A DNA stretch of 62,988 nt, filler included, from Choristocarpus tenellus KU-1152 (GCA_964200185.2; 9 parts of 9 records of this genome joined end to end with filler, not necessarily neighbours in it); one strand, 5' to 3'. Shown: positions 37,205 through 51,574, numbered from the whole stretch's first letter. Numbers and translations are program-made. Notes: generated by a model not told the origin, from the sequence alone.

Positions 37205-38038
37205 CTAGCTTGGTGCCTCCCCCGAGCCACCATAGTTCTCCTTTCGATATAATTGAAGACTTTCCTTGCCATTGCCCCTCCCCTCTCCCCACCCTTCCCC
37301 TGCAATCCCCTGCAGCCCTCCCCATAACCCACGAAGGACAGCGCCCCCCGCCGATGCTGCTGTCGCAAGGGCATCAACAGAAGTCCTTCCAACCTCCTCC
37401 TCCTCCTCCTCCTCCTCCTCCTCCTCCTCCTCCCCTCCCTCCTCCACCTTTCCCACTCCTGCAAACAAATTACCATATCCCGCAGCACTGCCTTCCCCTT
37501 CCCGTACACTCCCACACCGCCCATCTGCCCCTCTACCAACTCCATCCAAGCGCCCCCCACCCACTAACGCCTCTCCTCTGCTAGCAACAGAATCCAGCCA
37601 AATGCCTCCCACCCCCCCATCGCCCCTTCCCCCTACCCCCTCTTCACCTTCGCCCAACACTTTATGCGCCTCTCCTCCTGTGCACCCCCATGTCCCAACT
37701 CCTCCCTCTCCACTCCCTCAGTCCCCAAATCCACCCACACCACCCCCACCCTGCAGCTCACCAACACTTCCGCCTTCCACCAAAATATCAACTCCCTCTC
37801 TCTCATTGTTACGGAGGCAAACAGGGTGTTCCGCACCTCCTTCTCCTGACCAACCCACCTCCAGCCCCTCAGTGACCCATGCACTCTTCACAGCAGCAGG
37901 ATTGCCTCGGCGATAAAGGGCAACACAGTCGTCTGTCCTCTGAGCCCCCACAGCGTTGGCTATACCTGCAACAACACTGGTGAACAGGCCCGTCCCAGCA
38001 GCAGAAGCTACCTCGGCTCCATCACTGCCTGCTCTAAC
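37205..38038 (-). CDS. Probable 3' exon(s) of an unidentified Gly/Glu-rich protein; a single in-frame TGA at 37718-37720
   Basis: Acceptor catccag|GTT at 38038. ORFs 37718-38071 and 37205-37660 share one frame. A possible donor GAG|gtgggt lies at 37859. Confidence 0.35.
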
Positions 38039-39972
38039 CTGGATGGTGAACAACCCCAAAAAAGGGTCCAATTTAGGGAACGAAAGTGGAAAGTGGTCTT
38101 TGAGATGTGTTCACATACGAGGGGGGGCAGGGGGGGGGGGGGACACGGATGACATTGAAGGGAATCATCTTCATCAGCAGAACCCAATAACCAAAAACTA
38201 TGAGAAACACAAAACANNNNNNNNNNNNNNNNNNNNNNNNNNNNNNNNNNNNNNNNNNNNTTAATTAATTAANNNNNNNNNNNNNNNNNNNNNNNNNNNN
38301 NNNNNNNNNNNNNNNNTTTTTACAAAGCTCCCCTCTGTTTTCGCCCCCCCCCCCCCCCCCCCCCCTGATACATTGAGTCGGTTGGAAACATTGAGTCATT
38401 GGGGCATTGACTTTGTGCACTGTGAATCCATACATGTAAAAGAGAATAAGAGATATGAAACTTTTGTATGGTAACAATTCGACAGTGGTTTGTTGTGACA
38501 TTGAGGGAGTGTGGATTCTTTCACTTAAATGCAGATAATACCACCAGCCTTACACAAGAAGACAGCCACTTCCCTTCTTGTGAAACTTAAGCACTCCGTG
38601 CCATCTGATCCCTTACACAAAGTGATCAAGTCGTTGGATATCTTGAAAGTGGCAATGAACATCTTACAGCAAACAAGTTCAGCCTATATGTGTTCGTCAC
38701 TAAGGTTCGTTAGTGCTGGGACAGTGTCCTCCAGCCACCGTGTCAAAATAGATCATTTCCTATCCTTTTGACCAGGTAGTGACCAGAATCTAGCTTGATC
38801 CTGCCAAAGTCTACCACCCAACATGGCGTTAGGATCAACAAACTTCTCGAAGCACTTTGAATTGCAATATTGTCGACCCATCTTGCCAATACCTATTCCA
38901 ACTCTGTCCAGTCCTCCCCAGATTCGGGACTTCACACTTTGTGGATATCGATGCATGGGTCCCATGATAGGCCTAATGAGGCATTGTGTTTGTGTGTTAA
39001 TTATGCCCCAGGTGAAGTCTGAGGGGGTGACATACACTGAATAGGAGAATAGTGACCAACTATATATTGAAATATTAGTAAGCTCTAAAAAAAATCGTTT
39101 ACAAGTATAATATGCAGTAAACAAAGCATTTAGTGGACAAAAACATATATGAACTGGAACAGGTATATTCATCCATACTTGGTTATCTTTTTGGATTAAT
39201 GATAATTCTGTTGGTTTTTGTGGCATGAAGTTCGTCTTGGAATAGGAACACAATATTTTGTTGACCGTTAGGCATCTAGAAGAACATCACTTAAGGGTCC
39301 ATAGTTCATTTGTAAAACGTTTTTCGACGGAAGTTGAATAACGAATCATACAGGTCTGTCCAATTCCAGTCCAACTCAGCTTCCTCATTTAAGCATCAAA
39401 TCTCTTCTGAGCTACCAGTCACCACAACAGCAGTGAAGAAGCAGTGCATAGCGTGGAATATAGTCGACTTAGCCTTCTAAAATTTGTCTAGACCCAATAG
39501 AAGACAATATGCGCTCTATTTTGCATGTTTCACTGTTGTCTTGTTTCTTCATTTGGTGTCCTGTCTTGATCACAGCTTGAAGCGGTTCAAATCAATTCCT
39601 TTCTACATCGCAAGTTAGTTTAGGAGTCGCTGTCTTTGTGACTCAAAATACCCTCTGTTACACTGATGCTGTTCATTGTATGTCTCCCGTGTTTCTCCCA
39701 AAAATATTTCGCTGCACCCTTTCCCAAGAAGGTAAGTCATGGCCAAGAGTATGGACTTCGACAGGAGTAGTTTGCTGAGAGCGAGGTCAGTGGTGGCCAT
39801 CGTGGGGAGGAGGTCAGTCTATCAGCTAGCTCGGAACAAGGCCTATGGTGATGATGCTGGGGAGGACGTCAGTCAAAGTGAAAACAATACAAAGGAGAGG
39901 ATACTGGGGATTATCGTAGTCTTAATGTTGCTCTTCATTCAACCTTCCTCAGCAACTTCGTTTTTTTTTGCT

Positions 39973-40338
39973 GAGTCAAAATATCTTAGAGGGTAGAGCC
40001 GTGTCCATTCGGGGCCAAAATCCAATGTTGCAATTTTGAAGTAATTTTGGCTATCGCGTTTGTTAGGAGATGTCAATATCCTTGTTCCGGACACTCCTTT
40101 TCATAACGTATACATTTTACATACTCCGAAACATTTTGGAGTAGGTAAAATGTCATTAAAAACCCGTGGGAAGCCAAGCCCCAAATGGACAAACAGAGAA
40201 AAACTCCTANNNNNNNNNNACCATAGCTTCCCTTCGATTCATACATTGTTGCAAACCTTGCCATTCATGTGTCGTGGGAAGCCAAGCCCCAAATGGACAA
40301 ACAGAGAAAAACTCCTACCCTCTAAGATACTTTCACTC
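39973..40338. mobile_element. MITE family A with a small N gap and a duplicated right end
   Basis: GAGTCAAAATATCTTAGAGGG at 39973. cgtgggaagccaagccccaaatggacaaacagag occurs twice. The element ends GATACTTTCACTC and has tgct on both flanks. Confidence 0.85.
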
Positions 40339-40551
40339 TGCTTTGAACCAAACTGAAGAACTCCTGGACTGTTGCATTCATGGTAGGTTGATAGTAATTA
40401 ATGCTGATACCTTTTTATGTCACTTTTGCTCATTTTCAAGGCATGAACGAGGTTAACGGACGGCACTATTGATCAACAACACACCTTCGATAAGATATGG
40501 TTTATCACAAGGTGGTAGAGTTGTTGAGGGTGGAGTTGGGAGGGACTGAGC

Positions 40552-40830
40552 CTAAGGTGTCCAAGATGCCCAATGTCTTTCACAAGGTAAGTTGTATATT
40601 AGTTCTGTGCACCTACTGTATGCATTGCATGAGTTTGGTGGTAGGATCAAAGTTGGTTTAGGGCTAGAATTATGATGCGGTTTTGTTGATCTTGGACAGT
40701 CCAACATTTGTCTAGAAGGAGGTCTTCGGTGGGCTACTAGTGGCAATGATGTTACTAAGCAGGGGAGCTCATCATACATATTTTTGCTTTCAAGTAGGTC
40801 TTTGTACCTCATCCATAGAAATATGGGTGA
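40552..40830 (-). mobile_element. Possible Penelope-like element linker remnant
   Basis: LPLVAHRRPPSRQML resembles the PLE 'P.VAYRRP.NL...L' linker between RT and endonuclease. Recognised by eye only. Confidence 0.35.
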
Positions 40831-43800
40831 ATTACAGGCGATGAAGAGTCTTTAAATGAAAAACAGCCGAAATCTGGGTACCTCTCGTTTACTTTGACTC
40901 TGTGCTGGAATGGTTAGTGATCATCCACTTGTAGCAAGTGGTGGTGGCAGTAGTTCTTGTTAACAGTGAGTACAGATGATTGTACTTCTTCTCATTATAC
41001 AACAATTACGTATTATTGTGACAGTACTGGTGGTGGTAGTAGTAGTAGTTGACAGTACTGGTGGTGGTAGTAGTAGTAGTAGCTCCAACCACAGTAAGCA
41101 GTAGTATCGGTATCGTTTGCTTATACAATTGTACCATCCTTGTAGGACTTCCTACTGTTGTACTGATGGTGGTAGTAAGCCCACCTTAATATCAACTCAC
41201 CTCTTGTTGGCAGGGGTTCGAAGAGCTCAAAGTCTTTTTTTTGTTTCCTTACTAACCCTAACCCTAATCATTCCTACTTCGCTGGATCCATGTCCTCAGG
41301 CGTTTTTTTAATTGGTGGGTTGAACACTGTATCGATCAAGAGGATCTATGGAGGTTCGCACTCCTTACACATCAAGGGAAGAGATGGACAGCGTGGCAAG
41401 AGACGTGTTGGGTTGGAGGACTATCAGGGGTTCCACTGGATAGGTTAACGTAACATGTACTCAAGTCCTGCAGGCAGCAGTTGTAGATTCCACACTCTAT
41501 TGAAGCTCTCGACAAGGGCTGAAGGAGTTTAAATGAAGGGCATACTACAAAATATGTTACCAATGTGTGCTCGTTATGAATTACCTAGTCCTTGTTGAGA
41601 GCCTTGAACAGAGTATGGAATCTATAACTGCGGTCTACAGGATACAGAAAACAAAAGTGTGTGTGTGGTCTGTATTTTATTTTTATTTTTAGTAGTGGTA
41701 GTAGTAGTAGTAGTAGACGGTTACTAAATTTTACAATTAATTGCAGACAGAGAAACTACATGAAGGTATTAGGTGGAAAGGAAGTAGAACATATCCACCA
41801 CACAACAAAACCGCACAGAACGAACAACACACAGTGACACACGTACACTATAGAACAGCCGATTTCAAAAATTGAGGATGGAGCTTTTCATTGAGGATGG
41901 GCTTGACCCAAAATTGACTGGGATAAAGTGTCGATATGATTTTTTTTAATGATATGAACATAGCGCTCTCTCTTGGCCTTTTTAGAAGCAAACGGGTGTG
42001 CATGTATGTACAACACAGTGCCTGACTGGGCCTCATGTCAGCAAGCCTCTCACCAGCAACAAACCACACTATGGACGAGAAAAGTTCAAATTGTTCCCTC
42101 ACAGAACAGATTGGTAAAAAAAACATTTTCAATTAATATACTCTGGATTTCAATGAGCAATGCGGTATCAATACTACATTGGGAAACTCTCTTCAAGAAT
42201 ATTAGTATTAAGTGCGCTACATGATATATACCTCACAAATCTATTTCCTATAAAGTGTCTTACCCACAATAATTTTAGACAAACCTTAGTTCTTAAACCT
42301 TATGTGTACATGGAAACTAGCAAGATCGTATCGACAAATCGGGATTTGCGCATCATTCTTCAACATCGAGTTGCAGGCCGCACATGATTTGGGGTTCAAG
42401 ATTCATGGGTAGAAATGATTTGTACACCTTCACCCCTATTACAACCTTCACATTGAAATGTTGGTACATTTTCTTTTCCTTCTGATTTGTAGAAGCACAG
42501 ACGAGTTCAACCATGATTTGCCCGACATGTGCTACTATGTACCTACTATATGAATGTCAAACACGACATATTAGATAGGGCGTTTGTGAAGGATACAACT
42601 TCACGGGTACCTTTTGAGGAAATTCTACCTTGACTGATCAATGTTCTTCATTACCTGTACTTTTTTTTATTGTTTTCAGTATATATTTTATTCATGTTCT
42701 TTACTACCACTAACAGTACTAAATTGTGTCATGATGGAACAAAATCTGAACTTGTCTTTATTATACTCTTTTCCACTTATGTGTCAGCTTTTCTCCCCTT
42801 GTTTGTGAGAGTGTGGACCACACGTCTTATTGAGAGAGACTTTGTTGAGTCGATATTAGCATATTGGGTAGAGTGTACTATCTTTTTCTATTGTGGCTAT
42901 CTCTTCACAAACAAGTGCACCTACATCACGTATCTGGAGAACAAATTATTTGATACTACACAACTTCAATGATAGGAACAGCAACTCTCTTTACTACCTT
43001 ACCACAGGAAAAATAGAACAATAACACAAAATTATGTTATTTGGAACAAATCTAACCAAATTGATTCTAGAGTTTCACAGCAAGTAGGGTAATTCGTTGA
43101 TGTTTTGATCAAACAAAAAGGGAGCTGTTCACAACCTTTCTTATAGCTCAGTGATAGTCTTGCAGCTTCCTTTAGAGAAGGAAATACAGAGGTCAATGTA
43201 GTATTTATATGAAGACAAATCTGGTCTGGAAGGTTCCACATGGCATGCACAAGGAGAGGTTATATCTGTTATATCCGCGCACTTGTTGCCCAAAACAAAA
43301 CACCACGCCTCGCTAGGCTTCATCATTAAAGTCAGGTGAGTGCTACATAAGACTCAAGGGAGCTGGGGCAACAGCAGTAAGATGACTGAAGGATAACTGA
43401 TTTCAATACAACAAAAAAAAGATGGGCAAGCACAAAGGGGCCTAAGTAGTCACAATACGGCAATTAGTTTTGTAGCCGATGTGAAGTAGGGCAGTGTGTG
43501 GCATCACTGAGTACAGGCCAGGATAAGTTTCTGGTCTCAGACTAGAGTAAAGATGAATTGAATAAAATTTTGAGCCCTAGCAAAACTAACTACTTGTACC
43601 CCTTCGCCAAGGGTAGACTGTGGGAAAGGCAAAATACTCCTAAATACTTGGGGATCACAATGACAACACTATCAGGACACTACCTCTCTAAAAAGAAATC
43701 CTGAGTAATGATAAAAATTACATTCAGATTATAGTGGGGAGCTGTAGATACTGATAATAAGAAAGCTCAAAGTAATGCCACAAAACCTTCCATTTTTATA

Positions 43801-44526
43801 CACAAGTCTGAAACCAGTGCACTCAGCTTACTGGAGCTTGTACAAACCTGAGCATTCCAGTAACTATTATCAGTCATTGTGAACACTAAAAGCCTCATCC
43901 ACCTGTGGCTTAATCTTGGAACTTCCTGCCTGCACCGCCATGCATGCCCACCCTACATGACATCACCTTATCACAACCATTGTGTTCCCATTGCAGTGAT
44001 AGTTGCCTTAGTCTAGTCTGGAGGCAAAGGTATCAAATTCTAGATGAGGGACCATCTGGGCAATAAGTTTGGATTTGAGAATAAAATACCAGGAGATGGG
44101 GGTTGAAGGAAATTGTGTCCATCACCTCTTTAAATGCTCCCAAGCTGAGGTACTGTGAATATTTCCAATGTTTTCGCGATGGCGATACCAAACTGAACTC
44201 CACAAATCGTATCTCATTATGTAACCCTAACCCTTACCCACTCAAATCTCCTTTGCGCAACTGTTGTGTCTTGGCGAAATAATGGCAAACCAGCTCTTGA
44301 ACCTGAAAAACGTTTCTCACAACTTAACAACCTAACCCTTGATTCCCCTGCATGAGAAAAAATCCTCATGCGTAACAAGACTTACAAAACTGTCTTGATG
44401 ACTCCCTTGATGACTCCAAGTGCATCTACATTCGACATTTGACAGGAGCCTATTAACAGGCCCCTCTCTCTCTGTAACCATCCCCATTCCCAGGTGTGCC
44501 AAGCACATAAAGAGGCTGCATGCTCA

Positions 44527-46592
44527 TCACATGATGGTGCAGCTAACACATCTACTTGAGGTGGTACGCTCATAGCTCTCTAGATAGGCTAGCTGTTTGC
44601 GGTTGATGGCTCCTCGACGTCGTGATCTAATATACTCCACTGCATCAATTGGATCCTGACTCACACAATACAAGCAAGAGGGCAGCACACAGCAGACGAA
44701 ATAGAGACAAGAATAAGTTCCCCACAAAAGTACCTTAACCTACCTATATTGACTATGCAATGGACAGTACAGACAAACGATACAAAAATGGACCAGATGA
44801 TTGAAAGAAAGTGCAAGCCATGACAAATTGAAAGAGTCCAGACAATTAGATTTAATGGGAACATAATATACCACACATGACCAATACAGAGCCAGCATAA
44901 TACCATAATACCTCTAATGTTAGCTCTATCAGTATGAAAGAAAAGAAGTATACCTGAATCACACTAAGTTTAAAACAAGACAACACAGAAATGGCCCAAG
45001 AAGGCACACAATACAATTGTAAAACTTGTTATTCATAGCAAGACATTGCTTTTGATGAACAAACTGATTTTCAGCCTAACGTTGAAATCTGAAGCGCTAT
45101 AAATTCTGTGAAGTGCAACAAAATCAAAATCAAAATTTAATCAAAAGTTCCTTTCTCACTGGAACAGTAAATATGAAACAATATCGGCTTATTGATCACT
45201 ATAAATTATGACTTACACTACATGGAAATGGAAGAACAGAGGTAGCATCTTAGAGATCATGCCATAGGCCGCAAAAGAGAAACATCTATTTTCATCAAAA
45301 GCAACTCTGACTTTGACCTCAGCAAAAACAGAAAAGTGAATATCTTCTTTATCATTATCACTCTATCATATCATTCCACAAGAAAGTTCTTGACTACACA
45401 CTGTATAAAGAATACATGAAATGATTAACAATAAAACATACACTTTCCCATTCCCACCCCACCATGAGAGGAATTAACGTCAGTACCAATGTGTAGTCCT
45501 ACCAAGAGCGTAACAATTATTAGTGCAATATTCTGGTATTACATGAGATGTTTGCATTTGACATTTCCACTGTTATGTACATATACCGGTCATCAACGAT
45601 AGGACCTGCGGGTTAAATCATCAGATTAACAAGCATCCTATTAACAAGCAACTCACCTACCTGGATTCAGATAAAAGAAGGCAGAGAGGGGTATCTTACC
45701 CTTGCTCTTGCAAGGTTAAATAAATAGCCCAACCCTCAAGTAAGACAACGTCCATCCTATCATACAGCAGCATTTTTTTTCTAATTTATCATGATGTTCC
45801 AACTTTATGGGGCATTGAATCTCAACTTTAAACCACAGGTGTGCACAGATATTTTGAAAAACAACTATATGGCTGTTGCATATAAAATAAAATGTTATCT
45901 GGTGCAACTTTCTAGGGACCTCACCAGACCATTCTCAATGAGAGCAATGGCAACAAGCACTGGTGCTCGGCCAAGGCCCGCAACACAATGCACAGCAATG
46001 GCGGGCCCCTGCTCTCTACTTGATACTGAGCTGTCCGGAGCATCCTTGAAGGTGGTTCGCACCAAATCTACCCACTGATTGATAATATGTGGGGGGGGGG
46101 CATCGCCATCATCATACTCCATCTCCAGCAGCTGCAGAACAAACATAACATGGGGGGGAAGCTCGTCAATGAAAAACAAGCCAAGGATTACATAAGTTAC
46201 AGAAGTACAGGTAGCTTAAGGCAAACCAAGAACAAAATACAGAATTCTTCAATTAATGGAGTGAACATATAATGGGATCACATGATTAGCTTTTAAAAAG
46301 GATGAACACGGGAGGCACACTTCTTAAATACCATCTATCCTTCCCACACCTGAATGCCTGCAGCTGTAACATCAGAGGCTGGGTAGGTTGGCTCACATAC
46401 TCGCACCACACAAACAACATTGTGCTTCTCAAGCTCCCTAAGGTAGAGATGGAGATTGTTTGGTCTGGGGGCATCCATGACCACAAACCGTAGCCTGTGC
46501 CACACAACCAAGGAGGGCTTGGTAGCAAGCGCAGTGCCTGAAACTGCTGGGGGAGAGGTACCAGTACCCGTAATTGTCACGATTTCCGTCAT
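44527..46592 (-). CDS. PTP4A: Protein tyrosine phosphatase type IVA (PRL), ~192 aa. Exons 46592-46350, 46131-45925, 44655-44527
   Basis: RFVVMDAP, VVRVCEPTY, YDDG loop, P-loop VHCVAGLGRAPVLVA, IRSRRRGAIN and the C-terminal CAAX CTIM. Exons are phase-0 GT-AG. An acceptor just upstream of the ATG implies a further 5' exon. Confidence 0.95.
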
Positions 46593-48959
46593 ATTCCTGG
46601 TATTCAAGGAAGGTTCGAGGTGGTTTATGACCGATCGAGATTAGTACTTGAGAATAGACTACACAAAAACTCATGACTTGAAAATACAGATGAACCATAT
46701 TAGATCACAACCTTGCTAATCTTTGCACAATCTATCTCAGCATCTCTAGAATAATGGGTGTCATCTGCTTGTCAATTTGGGACAAACAATAGGGTAACAA
46801 CCCCATACATTACCCCATTCGAGAGCAGAACAAGACCACTCTATTGCCTTTTTCTTTGTGGTGTGATCACCTGAGAAGCTGTTGATACGGCAGGTCACCA
46901 TTCAACGGGAACCTGGACAGCCTCTCCTGTCCACCCCCTGTCGCTAATTTTAGCGGCGCAATCTTCACGAGAAGGTGTCACAATACAACTGTATTTTTTA
47001 ATAAGCAAAAGTTGAAAAGAACAGGAGGGAGAGATCCAGAAACCGGAGGGTTGATCAGATGCGGGCATATCATAGACATTATTTTCCTATAAATGGAACT
47101 AGACAAAGTATCAAAGTTTACCATGATCGTGATAGCGTATGCCTCAGTCCCTAGAATTCTCAGACTTCAACAATTTCATGAGAAGATAAGGTAAGATAAA
47201 CCATAAGCAATGACTAGATGCCTACATATCACTATTGAGTCACCTTTCGAAATAAATAGAAGACTATCGTGAATTGTTCGTATGTTACATTCTCAACTAA
47301 TAATAGTAATAGCCACGATACCAAGGATGGAGGCAGGGACAAAAAGTTCCATTCGATCGCTGTTTGGTTCAAATAACTTGCAATATCAGCTACGTGGAAG
47401 AACTACCGCAGAAAAAATATACTTGAGGAGACAGAAGACTAGGCGATTTTCACCACTCACCAACAACGCTTGGGACCGAAGAGCGCTACCCACAAAAAAC
47501 AAAACTGGAAATCCTCGGCGAGAGCTTAGCGTCTAAACCAGCAGGAAGGTTTCCCGTCCCCTCCCTTGTCCAGAACCAGTGACCCAGCACCAGCCGGCAC
47601 CGGCTGGACAGAGCGTACCTCAGCCAGGCTCGCCTAGGGTAGCCACCCCAGGGATGCTCACCGTGAGCGAAGAGGGCGCAACGTCAGGTAACGCCGTGGT
47701 TGCTTTTTCCCCTCCCATAAATGAAGCCTGAGTTCGCCTACACGGGGGGAACGCAGTGTGACTTTGGTCCCCACCCTGTCACTCTTCTAACTATTTCAGC
47801 ACTGTAGTCACGTGGGTTCTTTCCCCGGCTCAACAAAACTTACCATTCCACACCTGCTTATCCAACTCGATGCGAAATCTACTGCGTATATTCGACAGAC
47901 TTAAGCGTGAAAAACAGCTTATACGCGACGCTGAATAGAGTGGGGTAATTCAATGTCTGGTGAAACACAAGTAGGGAAGTTCGTGGACTACTCCAAAAAA
48001 ATTGTTGTAATATAAAATATTTGTTTAATATTGTTTGTTTTTTGTGATTTCACACTTTACAGTTCCCTAATAAATAAAAATATTAACTCAATGAGGTGGA
48101 TAGAGGGAGGAGAGGAAAATATATAAATTGTAGTGTAACACTAATAAGGAACCAATATGTTTGTATTTGGAAAGAGAAATATTATTAAGATTCAAAACAA
48201 GTCTAGAAATGCACACAATTAACTGGAGTGTACGGATGATTCTGTTTTGTAAACACACAAACCTCCTCTAGGAACTAGCAAAAACTGTTTCCACGACATT
48301 CCTGATTAAAATTGTGGGGCAATACATTCTAAAACTTGAATAGATGGAAACATAAAAGACAGAATTATTTCTTTCACAATTTGCCGTCTTCTCTAGAGCC
48401 CAGGCATGGATTTGGATTACAGGAATACCAGTAAGAGTTATTGTCAAGTTCGATTACTAACTCATAGTAAGGGAATGGAGAAATTGAGGTGGATGTAGTA
48501 GTTATTTCCATAATAAGTTAAAGGTGTTCCTAAAGCCTCCGTGAATAGTCAGTTTTCCAAGTCTTACCAAATCTTTTTCAAATCGGAAAGAAGGCTGTAG
48601 TAGTAATAGTAGTAGGAGTATTATAGATGACATATATTAGTTGATCGTTCCTTCTAAAATGGTAGTGTGGGTAGTGAGAAGGGAAGTTGGTTAATGATGA
48701 ATGTTGTTCAACAACCTATACGTGATTTTGTTGATGATAGTGATTTGATGTTTGGGGTGAACAACCATTGTTTTAGTGTTCTATTACCTACTCTTCTTTG
48801 TCTACAATATTTTGTCTATTTCTTTATTATGCTTTGTGCATTCAGTCCTCTCCTTGTGATATGTTGACTCCAATATCTTGTCGTTTGTGTGTATGATAAC
48901 ATAATGGTAGCATTTACTGCTAATATGAATACAAGCATTTTTTTTATCAACTGAATTAT

Positions 48960-49430
48960 CTTAGCTGGTTCAGGATGAAAACATGAATGCGTTTATGGAC
49001 GCACACTCAATATCCGACCAAGCGATGTTCTTGTTTGTAGTAGTGGACATCCCTTTAACAAGTCCCTTGCCCTAGAGAAGTTCCACGTTGCAAAAAAATC
49101 GGGTTTGTGTGTAAGCATACAATATATTTACGATGATGACGATGGACAAACTGGGGTTGGTCTTGATGTCCAGGAACAATTGAAACGAGATGGTCAACAT
49201 GAAGAAAAATGCATCTATTGGCTGTAGACATGTATAGGTTCATGGTGGGTGCATAGCTTGCTGGTGAATGATTGTGAGATGGGAGCGAGCTTCAGACACT
49301 GTCCCTGTGTGGTATTGTGTGTCACACACTCTTTCCGATAAACGTCCTCATCAATCCATGCATAGAAGATGTGCCATCTGTATTGGTATTGACTTGAAGT
49401 ATTGATTAGAAGATTCAGCAGTGGGACCAG
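48960..49430 (-). mobile_element. Possible decayed Penelope-like RT C-terminal remnant
   Basis: A frameshifted Y.DD-like segment is followed by IFYAW and later FLDIK, the order expected in PLE reverse transcriptases. Confidence 0.35.
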
Positions 49431-49510
49431 TTCAAAAAGAACTACACCGACTATAATTTATGGGTGTTTTATGTACTGTTACAGCAGTGTGAAGAACACA
49501 AACAGGAGAT

Positions 49511-49551
49511 GACTCAAAGTATCTGGGAGGGGGTAGCGACTGTCCAATTGG
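49511..49551. mobile_element. MITE family B end abutting a spacer
   Basis: gactcaaagtatctgggagggggtagcgactgtcc. Confidence 0.85.
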
Positions 49552-50425
49552 NNNNNNNNNNNNNNNNNNNNNNNNNNNNNNNNNNNNNNNNNNNNTTAAT
49601 TAATTAANNNNNNNNNNNNNNNNNNNNNNNNNNNNNNNNNNNNNNNNNNNNCTGTGCTCACTCCGCTAATAAATATATCCATACAACTTAAAGCAAAGAC
49701 TCTATTGGAAGAGTTCTCTTTTGCAAAAAAACCTCTGAAAACTAGAAAAAGGAAAGTGCGTGTAAGCAAAATGAAACACCATGAACAACAGGGATGGGCA
49801 GTTATCGCAGTTAACTGTATACAATACCAACACCTGCTGATACCGCATCAAGAAGAGTTAACTTCACGAAAATTGTTTTAAAAGGCGATCCATAGCAACT
49901 CACATCATAAAGTATGAGGCCGTATATATGTGGTTTGAAGATGACGAATAATTTGATTGACGTCCCCGTCCACTGAAGAACGGTCTATGTGACTAGTGTC
50001 TCTTCGAGTTTTTTCACCCTAGTAGAACAATGAACCTCCTACTGCACGGTATCCATATCCTGCACAAATTATCACTCAGTGTTACTCAACCGCATTTTAC
50101 CATGTTCCATCTAAAACAGATATGACTCATCCAATATTAGAGCCCTTCTGCTATTAAACATCCGTTGTACATATGACGCCAGATTCCATTTGATCTATAG
50201 TGTCCGTTGTGTAGAACAGGACTTGCGTGTAGCACTGGTTGTTAGGCTAATATTCAGCACCCTTTGCTCTATGGCATCTGTTGTCAAGCAAAAGTCAAAG
50301 TCAATTTGCTCTAAAGTAATGTCCGTTGTCCAGAACAATGTTTGGTTCCTCTTGCTCAGTGGTTACTCCGGGATACACCCCGCTTCCATCATATTATTAT
50401 CATTTCACACAATTGTTTGATCTTT

Positions 50426-50706
50426 GAGTCATCTTATCTTAGAGGGAGGTCAATTTTGGTCGTGTTGGATATTTAGGACTTTTGTCAACCTTCTGCCTGA
50501 TACCCCATCCCTGTGTCTGAATTCCAGCTAGCCCTCCTCAGGAGGCTGTGAATGGATGATATAGAAGAAGAGAAGACGACCAAACATTGGCATAAGTGCG
50601 AAAACACTCCCCAGTATGTTAGAAGGGCATGTACGTACCAGAACGCAATCCAAGGGATCCTCACTATTCAACGACAGCCCCCTCTACGATATATATAGTA
50701 TGATTC
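50426..50706. mobile_element. MITE family C (281 bp), TSD TTT; an older related copy lies near 4000-4230
   Basis: ttt-GAGTCATCTTATCTTAGAGGG...CCCTCTACGATA..ATGATTC-ttt. The interior differs from families A and B but resembles 4000-4170. Confidence 0.65.
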
Positions 50707-50996
50707 TTTGATAGTAGAGAAACTGAGAAATGGAAAAAAAATGACAACTGAGAAAACAAGTTATTTTAATCCAAGAAGGAAAAACATGTATCCGTTGAAC
50801 TCACTCATAATTTCGGCAAACACTCAAGTCCATTTTTGCTCTACATAATGTCCTTTCTCCAGAAAATGCTCAAGCCCAGTTGCTGCATAACGTCTGTTGC
50901 CCTGGACAACGCTGGAGGCCATTTGCACTGTGTATATAATGTCTGTTACCCATAATACACAGAGCTATTTGATTGCTCTACGATAACATTGCCATG

Positions 50997-51537
50997 CAGT
51001 AAATGCTCAAGTCAATTGGTTCAAGCTTTGTCGGAAATGAGGTCGTGGCACTTAAGTATGCCATATCGAGCAAATATAATGTCATGTGATTGGTCAGCAG
51101 TTGAATTTCTCAACACCTCGACGTGTAGATGAAGATGATTTGCTGAACGAACCAAAGTATCTTAGAGGGTAGAGCCGCGTCCATTAAGGGTCAAAACCCA
51201 ATGTTGCGATTTTGATGTAATTTTGGCTATAGTGTTTGTTAGGGAGTGTCAATATCCTTGTTTCAGACACAAATTTTCTTAACATATACATTTTACCTAC
51301 TCCGAAATATTTTGGAGTAGGAAAATTTCATAAAACCCCCAAGGGAAGTCAAGTCCCAATTGGACAAACAGGGTAAAACTCATACCCTCTAAGATACTTT
51401 CTCTCAACATCAATCACTAGGAGTACCATTCAATATAGGTGGAAACCTCTTTGCATATGTTCTTTCCACGTTTGTTGCCGTCCACTCCAACCAATCCACA
51501 CATATATATTCATTGTCCTTATCGTTGTTATCATTAA

Positions 51538-51574
<37 letters not shown>

